Below, one piece after another: positions 57,955 to 64,000 of a stretch of DNA of 64,000 nt. Source of the DNA: Candidatus Methanomethylophilaceae archaeon (lineage in GTDB: Archaea > Thermoplasmatota > Thermoplasmata > Methanomassiliicoccales > Methanomethylophilaceae); NCBI GenBank assembly GCA_050944155.1, contig JBMNQN010000001.1, positions 32,001-96,000 on the forward strand. Reading direction: 5' to 3'. The translations under genes and the position numbers were made by a program. Each line of letters starts with the position of its first letter. Positions within the stretch are counted from its first letter, which is position 1. The notes beneath the pieces are model-generated. The model had not been told where the DNA came from, did not search any database, and saw only the letters and a program-made list of their open reading frames with translations.

Positions 57955-59706
57955 ATGGAAATAACGTCTGTTTTCAGAAAAGAAGTTTCGGATGCGGTCG
58001 CCGGAGTCCTGTCGGAAATGGGATACAGCGGGGATTTCGTCACGGAGGTACCTTCCGTGGGAGACGCGGATCTTGCCGTTCCCTGTTTTGCGTTCGCAAA
58101 AACGATGAAAGCCTCCCCGAAGGACATTGCCCTGAAAATCGCAGAACGCATAAAGCCGTCGGGAACCGTGGGCTCGGTATCCGCGGTGAACGGATACGTT
58201 AATTTTTCGATAAGCACCGACGCACTGATATCCGGGACTCTCGGAGAGATAGTGTCGAAGGGAAAGGATTACGGAAGCTTCCCTCCCAACGGAGTGAGAG
58301 TCAACGTGGAGCACACGTCCACCAATCCGACCGGACCGATTCACGTGGGACGTGCCAGAAACCCGATAATCGGAGATACTCTGGCGAGATGTCTCAAAAT
58401 GTGCGGTTACGACGTGACCACCGAATACTACGTGAACGACGTGGGAAAACAGGTCGTGGTTCTCACATGGGGAGTGGAAAACATTCCGAAAGGTTCCCTG
58501 GACGAGGGAGACAGAGACAAGACGGACCACAAACTCGTCGCATACTACAGGGAAGCCAACAAACGGATGGAAGAGGACCCGAAAGCCGCCGAACAGATTT
58601 CGGAAATGCTGAGGGAGTTCGAAAAAGGAGACAGAAAGGTCATCGATTCCGTCCGCCACACGGCCGAAATCATGATGGAAGGGTTGAAGGAGTCCCTTTC
58701 CGGCATCAACGTCGAGCTGGACAGATACACATGGGAATCCGATTTCATAGCCGACGGTTCCGCGGCTTCGGTGGTGTCGGAACTCAAAAAATCCGAATAT
58801 GCCGGTCAGACCGAAGACGGCGCATGGTTCGTCGATATGGCAGAATTCGGCATCAACGGGAAAAATACCAAATTCACTTTCACAAGGTCGGACGGAACGA
58901 CTCTCTACACGACCAGAGATCTTGCGTACCACCTTAACAAATTCTCCAGGTCCGACAGGGTCATAGACGTTCTTGGCGAGGATCAGAAACTCGGGTCGAA
59001 ACAGTTGCGCATAGCTCTCAAGATGATCGGCTGCGACAGGGAGCCCGAACCCATGTTCTACTCTTTCGTATCCCTGCCCGAAGGCAAAATGTCCACCAGA
59101 AAAGGCGTCGTCGTTTACCTGGACGACCTGATAGACGAGGCGGTGGAACGCGCTTACGGCGAGATAAAGAAAAGGCGCACGGAAGATTCCGAAGACGGTC
59201 CGCAGAATTTACGCGGAATGTCCGAAGAAAAAATGAGGGAAACCGCCCGCATTATCGGAGTCGGCGCCGTAAGATACAACGTGATAAGGGTTCAGCCGGA
59301 AAAACAGTTCACGTTCAAATGGGAGGAGGCCCTGAATTTCGACGGAAACAGCGGGCCGTATCTTCAGTACGTCCACGCCAGGGCTTCGAGCATTCTCCGC
59401 AGAACCGGCGAATTCGAATTCGATACCGATCCGTCCAAACTCACCGACGAATACGAGATAAAGCTGGTGAAGGTTCTTTCCAGGTTCGGCAACGTGATAA
59501 AGGAGGCTGGAGAACAGAAGAGAGTCAACGTTCTTCCCGCCTACGGACACGAAGTCGCCTCCGCGTTCAATCAGTTTTACGTTTCCGTCCCCGTTCTCAA
59601 ATCGGGAGACAGGATGAACGCGCGTCTGACCCTCGTATACTGTACAAAGACGGTTCTTGCGAATGTTCTCGACTGTCTGGGTATGGGTGCTCCGGAGGAA
59701 ATGTGA
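57955..59706 (+). CDS. argS: Arginyl-tRNA synthetase
   Basis: EHTS.NPTGPIHVGRARN, YYVND.G.Q, RSDGT..Y.TRD, KMSTR.G, YLQY.HAR. Confidence 0.97.
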   Translation: MEITSVFRKEVSDAVAGVLSEMGYSGDFVTEVPSVGDADLAVPCFAFAKTMKASPKDIALKIAERIKPSGTVGSVSAVNGYVNFSISTDALISGTLGEIVSKGKDYGSFPPNGVRVNVEHTSTNPTGPIHVGRARNPIIGDTLARCLKMCGYDVTTEYYVNDVGKQVVVLTWGVENIPKGSLDEGDRDKTDHKLVAYYREANKRMEEDPKAAEQISEMLREFEKGDRKVIDSVRHTAEIMMEGLKESLSGINVELDRYTWESDFIADGSAASVVSELKKSEYAGQTEDGAWFVDMAEFGINGKNTKFTFTRSDGTTLYTTRDLAYHLNKFSRSDRVIDVLGEDQKLGSKQLRIALKMIGCDREPEPMFYSFVSLPEGKMSTRKGVVVYLDDLIDEAVERAYGEIKKRRTEDSEDGPQNLRGMSEEKMRETARIIGVGAVRYNVIRVQPEKQFTFKWEEALNFDGNSGPYLQYVHARASSILRRTGEFEFDTDPSKLTDEYEIKLVKVLSRFGNVIKEAGEQKRVNVLPAYGHEVASAFNQFYVSVPVLKSGDRMNARLTLVYCTKTVLANVLDCLGMGAPEEM

Positions 59707-60203
59707 TGGAAATCAGAAAACTCAAGCTGAAGGATTTGGAAGGAGTACGTAATCTGGAACTCTCCTGTATCAGAGAATATTTTTCGGAAACCATAGAGAA
59801 CAAATGGGAAGACCTTCCCGCCGAGTGGAAAGACAATCTCGGCGCCAGCAGCAAAAATCATTTCAAAGCGTATCTGGACAGCGGACTCAGTTTCGTGGCC
59901 GAGGAAGACGGCGAAATAGTGGGTTTCCTTTTCGCCCAGATGCTGCACCATATAGGCGACGCTGAAAATATGGTCTGGATAGAAAATATGGGCGTACACC
60001 CGTATTTCAGACGGAACGAGATAGCCTACAGAATGCTTATCGCGTGTATAAAAGAAGGCAGAGCCATGGGTGCCGATGTGGCCCACAGCACGATACCCAG
60101 AGATAATGCGCCGTCCATACTGCTCCACAAGAAAGCCGGATTCTTCATGGACCCGAGGCAGGTCGCGTTGATCGACCTCAAGGATCCGAAACTGAAACTC
60201 TGA
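59706..60203 (+). CDS. GNAT acetyltransferase
   Basis: FVAEEDGEIVGF, GVHPYFRR, N..S..LHKKAGF. Confidence 0.88.
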   Translation: MEIRKLKLKDLEGVRNLELSCIREYFSETIENKWEDLPAEWKDNLGASSKNHFKAYLDSGLSFVAEEDGEIVGFLFAQMLHHIGDAENMVWIENMGVHPYFRRNEIAYRMLIACIKEGRAMGADVAHSTIPRDNAPSILLHKKAGFFMDPRQVALIDLKDPKLKL

Positions 60204-60885
60204 ATCTCCCGGCAGTTTCGTCAATGAGTTCCGTTTCTTCCCGGGTGAGACCCGTTTCGTCGAAATCGAACAGTTCTCCGAAACCATCCCGTATATTTTT
60301 CACCATAACATCTCTGGAAACCGAATGACCCAGACACTCGTTTACCGATGTGATTCCGTCATAGTTTCCGTGTTTCACAGGTTTAAGAATTTCTCCAGCA
60401 AGAGGTTCCGGTTCCATTATGAGGGTACCGTGATGGAGCACGAATCCGTCGCGGCGGTACTGTGCGCTTCCGGATATTTTCTTACCTTCCGAGAGTACGT
60501 CGTTGGGCTCTTTGAAAAAAGCATTTACGCCGGTTCTGCGCAGAGCCGAAATCAGGCATCCGCACAATCTTTCGTAAGATTCTGATTTCTTTCCGAAATT
60601 GTCCTCCGCAACCACGGAATAGATAATCTGGGACGTTCCGGTGAACACGGTACTGCCACCGCTTATGCGTCTGACCGCGGAAACGCCGTATTCCTTCAGT
60701 TTCCCGCACCGGACGTCTTCTTCGATGTTTCTGAAACGTCCCAGGGAAACCGCAGGGCGGTTTCTCGAATATACCATGACCGTGCACGGCGCGAGCTTTC
60801 CGGAAACATGCCCGAAAACGGCCGAATCCGCCGCCGCACCCCGCTCCGGATCCACATGACCCAGATCTGTGAATCTGCAGTTCAC
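60178..60885 (-). CDS. Lipoate-protein ligase family protein (catalytic domain only)
   Basis: VSLGRF, VRRISGG.TVF, PNDV...GKKISGSAQ, HHGTL. GTG start overlaps the upstream stop. Confidence 0.85.
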   Translation of the reverse strand: MNCRFTDLGHVDPERGAAADSAVFGHVSGKLAPCTVMVYSRNRPAVSLGRFRNIEEDVRCGKLKEYGVSAVRRISGGSTVFTGTSQIIYSVVAEDNFGKKSESYERLCGCLISALRRTGVNAFFKEPNDVLSEGKKISGSAQYRRDGFVLHHGTLIMEPEPLAGEILKPVKHGNYDGITSVNECLGHSVSRDVMVKNIRDGFGELFDFDETGLTREETELIDETAGRFRVSVSDP

Positions 60886-61547
60886 TTGCGTTTGCTCTGG
60901 TATCTTCTTCTTTCGGTGGTGGTCTTGGTGGTTTTCGGAGCCTCTTTCGCGGATCTTCTGTTCCTTTCCTGCTGCTCCATTTCCGTGAACGTCATGGTCT
61001 TTTCCTTCTTGGGAACGTTGCGTCCCCTGACGTAGAACGCGACGGCTATGAGGATGACCACCAGTATTATCGCCACATACGTCGTCCAATCGGACCATAT
61101 CGAGTGGTTTACGTTAATGACGACGTTGGCATAGTTCAGAGAATTTCCGTAAGAATCGGTGACGAACTCCACCTCGGGGGTAAGCGATTCTCCGTGAACC
61201 GTGAGGCTCTTTTCTCCGGAAGAACCGATCATGAATACGAGGGAAGCGACGGTAATTCCTCCGTTCCCCGAAACGGTAATCTCCGTACTGGCTAATTGAT
61301 CTGTGCTGTTCTGGTACGTTACGTAAACCCGTACCTTAGCTTCTTCGGCGTTGTTGTTGATTATCGGTACGTCCAGGTGTCCCTCGGTTCTGTTGTCGAA
61401 TCCGCCGTAGCCTATGTCGGAAGTCAGAATCATAAGGCTGCTGGATGCGGGCGCGGAATCCGCCTCATCCGAATCGATGATTCCCGCAAAAGGCAGAACT
61501 GCCGCTATAACGAGAACCGTTGCAGCCAGGATAATTTTGTTTTTCAT
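60882..61547 (-). CDS. Exported beta-rich protein with a C-terminal TM anchor and basic tail
   Basis: Signal peptide ending DSDEADSA, TM segment YVAIILVVILIAVAFYV, K/R-rich tail. Confidence 0.72.
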   Translation of the reverse strand: MKNKIILAATVLVIAAVLPFAGIIDSDEADSAPASSSLMILTSDIGYGGFDNRTEGHLDVPIINNNAEEAKVRVYVTYQNSTDQLASTEITVSGNGGITVASLVFMIGSSGEKSLTVHGESLTPEVEFVTDSYGNSLNYANVVINVNHSIWSDWTTYVAIILVVILIAVAFYVRGRNVPKKEKTMTFTEMEQQERNRRSAKEAPKTTKTTTERRRYQSKRK

Positions 61548-61556
61548 CGGTAAACC

Positions 61557-62714
61557 TCAGGTTATTATTTCTTCCAGGCGCTCCTGTTCTATTGCACGCC
61601 TGATTTCCATGGAAAGTCTTCTGCCCGTGCTCATCTCCTTTCTCCAGAGCGCATTTCCGTAAGGGTGTCCCACGGACATGTGGACGTTGGTTCCTCCGCC
61701 TATGCGGGGCGCAACGTCGTAAATGAAGAAATTGAGATCTTTGTCGACGCAGGTCTGCAGGCAGAACGGACCTATTATTCCGGGGTCGTAATACTTCTTG
61801 GAGGCCTCCACGTATTTTTCGGCCATGGCAAACGCCTTGTCCAGAAGAGACTCTCTGAGAGTGGCCGAGTTATGTCCGCATACGGTGTACTCGGGAATCA
61901 CTCCCATTTCTTCCAGTTCGACCTGCTGTTTTCCGGGCAGCCTCGCGTATCCGTCCAGAGAGCTTTCGAATCTCCAGTCGATTCCGAGAAGCTCGAGTTT
62001 TTCTCCTTTTTCTTCCAAGGGAGAGTAGAAGAAATCCAAATTGAACACGGGACCGATGATGTACTGTTCCATTCTGGCGTGTTTAAGGAAATCTTCTTCG
62101 ATGACGCCCTGCGAAATCAGTTCTTCGGATTTCTGCACGAATTGATCGTAATCTTTGACGGTGAAGAATCCTCTCTCGAGTTTTTTGGTCTTATGATGGA
62201 CCTTGATTATTGTCAGGTCGTTGATGTCTTCGGGTTTTTCGACCTTTTTGGGGAACGGAAGACCCGCTTTCTCGAGAATCCAATAATAATCCCTTTCGTC
62301 ACCTCTTTCTTCCGAGCGCAGAAGGTTTCTGCTGCCGACGATGGGAACGGCGAAATCGTTTTCGATTGCGTCTATGCCGCAGTACGCCACAAGAGAACGG
62401 TTGGGAACGAACAGTACGTTGTTTTCTATGAGACCGTTCTGGATTTCGGGTTTGAGAATGTCCGAGAATCTGTCGAGAACCACGGTTTCGTCTACGGCTC
62501 CTCTGACTATTTTTCCGGAGCCGTCCCTCTGGGCTCTGAAGTAGTTGTTGAAAGTTTTCTCCCTGCCTTTCTGGCACACGGCCACGGTTCTGAATCCCTC
62601 GGAAACGGCTCCGTCGCAGGTGTCAAGCGCCGAGTGGGATCCGAGCACTCCGACTTTGGCTTTCTCGGGATTAATCTTTTTCAGGTTCCTGATTACCGTG
62701 TCCCTGTCTATCAT
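61557..62714 (-). CDS. purP: PurP-family formate-dependent AICAR/FAICAR ligase (ATP-grasp)
   Basis: LGSHSALD..DGA..EGF, FVPNRS, ERGFF, IIGPFCLQ, DVAPRIGGGT, STGRR. Confidence 0.9.
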   Translation of the reverse strand: MIDRDTVIRNLKKINPEKAKVGVLGSHSALDTCDGAVSEGFRTVAVCQKGREKTFNNYFRAQRDGSGKIVRGAVDETVVLDRFSDILKPEIQNGLIENNVLFVPNRSLVAYCGIDAIENDFAVPIVGSRNLLRSEERGDERDYYWILEKAGLPFPKKVEKPEDINDLTIIKVHHKTKKLERGFFTVKDYDQFVQKSEELISQGVIEEDFLKHARMEQYIIGPVFNLDFFYSPLEEKGEKLELLGIDWRFESSLDGYARLPGKQQVELEEMGVIPEYTVCGHNSATLRESLLDKAFAMAEKYVEASKKYYDPGIIGPFCLQTCVDKDLNFFIYDVAPRIGGGTNVHMSVGHPYGNALWRKEMSTGRRLSMEIRRAIEQERLEEIIT

Positions 62715-63287
62715 TTCGTTCCTCTCGTTTCCGTAATCCGTCCCTTATATTATATTTTGTTGAAACGGGGACGTGTATCATCTGAAACGCCGTATTTTCC
62801 ATAGAAGGTAAAAATACGGCCGCGGTCCTAGATATCGGCGGATGGTGCGTATGTCGGAACTGTGGTTCGATACCGAAGGGATGATGTCCGCCGGATACCT
62901 CGGCGAATGCGAAATCTGCGTTCCCGTTTCCGGTACCGTCTTCATAGACGGCATGTAAGCGGACATCAAACGTTTTAGGGGCAACCCGTCCGAACGTTCC
63001 GAAGGCCCCGGATCGTTTCAGAACACATAACGGGCCTTACCTTCGTTTTTCGTTCTGTAAAAAAAAGACTCATCCCCCGACCGAGTTCATCGCATGTGCC
63101 AGACACAGATATTTTCTTCAAATCCAAGCAGAAAATAAGTGCAAATAGCGACGCTTCGAAACACTCCGTGAGCAGGAGACGGTTACGGATTCTTCGGCTC
63201 CGCAAAAGTTTCCGGAAAGATTCGGACAACCATATTAAATACGAACAAAACCTACCGTTTTCTGCAAATAATTTAGGATGGGGATGC

Positions 63288-64000
63288 ATGAACTATAGAA
63301 CGCTAGTCGGGATGCTAGCGGCGGCCTTCGTAGTTTTGGCTGCGGCAGCAATGGTTATGGACGGCGGAGACGCCGACGCGTATACGGACGAATCGGGTAT
63401 AGAGTTCAGGATCGACGGAACCGAAGCCGCCGTCGTTTCATACGGCGGAGACGCCGGAAATCTGATTATACCCGCAGAAATTTCCACGGATACCGGAACT
63501 TACGGCGTATCGGCCATCGATCGGGACGCCTTCAGAGGAAACGAAGTTCTGGTTTCGGTTTTCATACCCTCTTCGGTGAAAACCATCGGAGCGGGAGCGT
63601 TTATGGAATGTCCGTATCTGGAATCCATTGAGGCAGACCCGTCGAACGATGTTTACGATACCGTTTCCGGTTCCCTGTTCTCCGAAGGCGGAGCATTCCT
63701 CATACAGGTGCCGGGTGCCGCGTCGTCCGTCGACATCCCCGAACAGACGTCAGGCATCCACAGGCGGGCGTTCGTCGGCTGCAGTTCCGTAGATTCGATA
63801 ACCGTGGACGAAAACAATTCATTTTACGTAACCGTCGACGGCTCTCTCTACACGGCCGACGGAAAAACGCTTGTACGCGCGGTAACCGGAATATCGGATT
63901 TCGCCGTTCCGGAGAACGTAGAGGAAATTGCGGCGGCCGCATTCTACGGCAACACCGATTTGATCTCGGTGTCGATACCGTACGGAGTCGAAACCATAGG
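63288..64000 (+). CDS. BspA-type leucine-rich-repeat surface protein (runs off the window; absent from the ORF track)
   Basis: My translation gives a signal peptide MNYRTLVGMLAAAFVVLAAAA..DADA, then repeats LVSVFIPSSVKTIGAGAFMECPYL and VPENVEEIAAAAFYGNTDLISVSIPYGVETI. Confidence 0.85.
   Translation, partial: MNYRTLVGMLAAAFVVLAAAAMVMDGGDADAYTDESGIEFRIDGTEAAVVSYGGDAGNLIIPAEISTDTGTYGVSAIDRDAFRGNEVLVSVFIPSSVKTIGAGAFMECPYLESIEADPSNDVYDTVSGSLFSEGGAFLIQVPGAASSVDIPEQTSGIHRRAFVGCSSVDSITVDENNSFYVTVDGSLYTADGKTLVRAVTGISDFAVPENVEEIAAAAFYGNTDLISVSIPYGVETI

Noticed and set aside
1-64000. CRISPR arrays, transposases, integrases, rRNA, pyl genes
   Set aside because: None was recognised by eye; the intergenic spaces are short and show no repeat-spacer periodicity.

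Overview
This is a compact archaeal chromosome segment, most consistent with a Methanomassiliicoccales (Thermoplasmatota) methanogen, judged by eye from gene content, archaeal ribosomal proteins and acidic signal-peptide ends. Most of it is housekeeping: the large rpl3-secY-cbf5 ribosomal operon, rpl18e-rpl13-rps9-rpoN, two tRNAs, tRNA synthetases, gatCAB, aRF1, and isoprenoid, pterin and purine genes. The main finding is a tightly coupled four-gene ubiquitin-like conjugation operon at 5083-7066 (E1, Ubl ending GG-I, HPN/Cys E2, Rpn11-like JAMM protease) with no E3. Second, an MscS gene carries an in-frame amber codon, while none of the 82 complete genes I called ends in TAG, which suggests TAG is read as pyrrolysine. 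Smaller oddities are a pyrH with no canonical start (ACG), a GatA with a catalytic Lys-to-Glu change, a bacterial-type AspRS, and structured leaders upstream of both ribosomal operons. All calls come from motif recognition by eye; no searches were run, and many starts were moved from the ORF track to more plausible codons.
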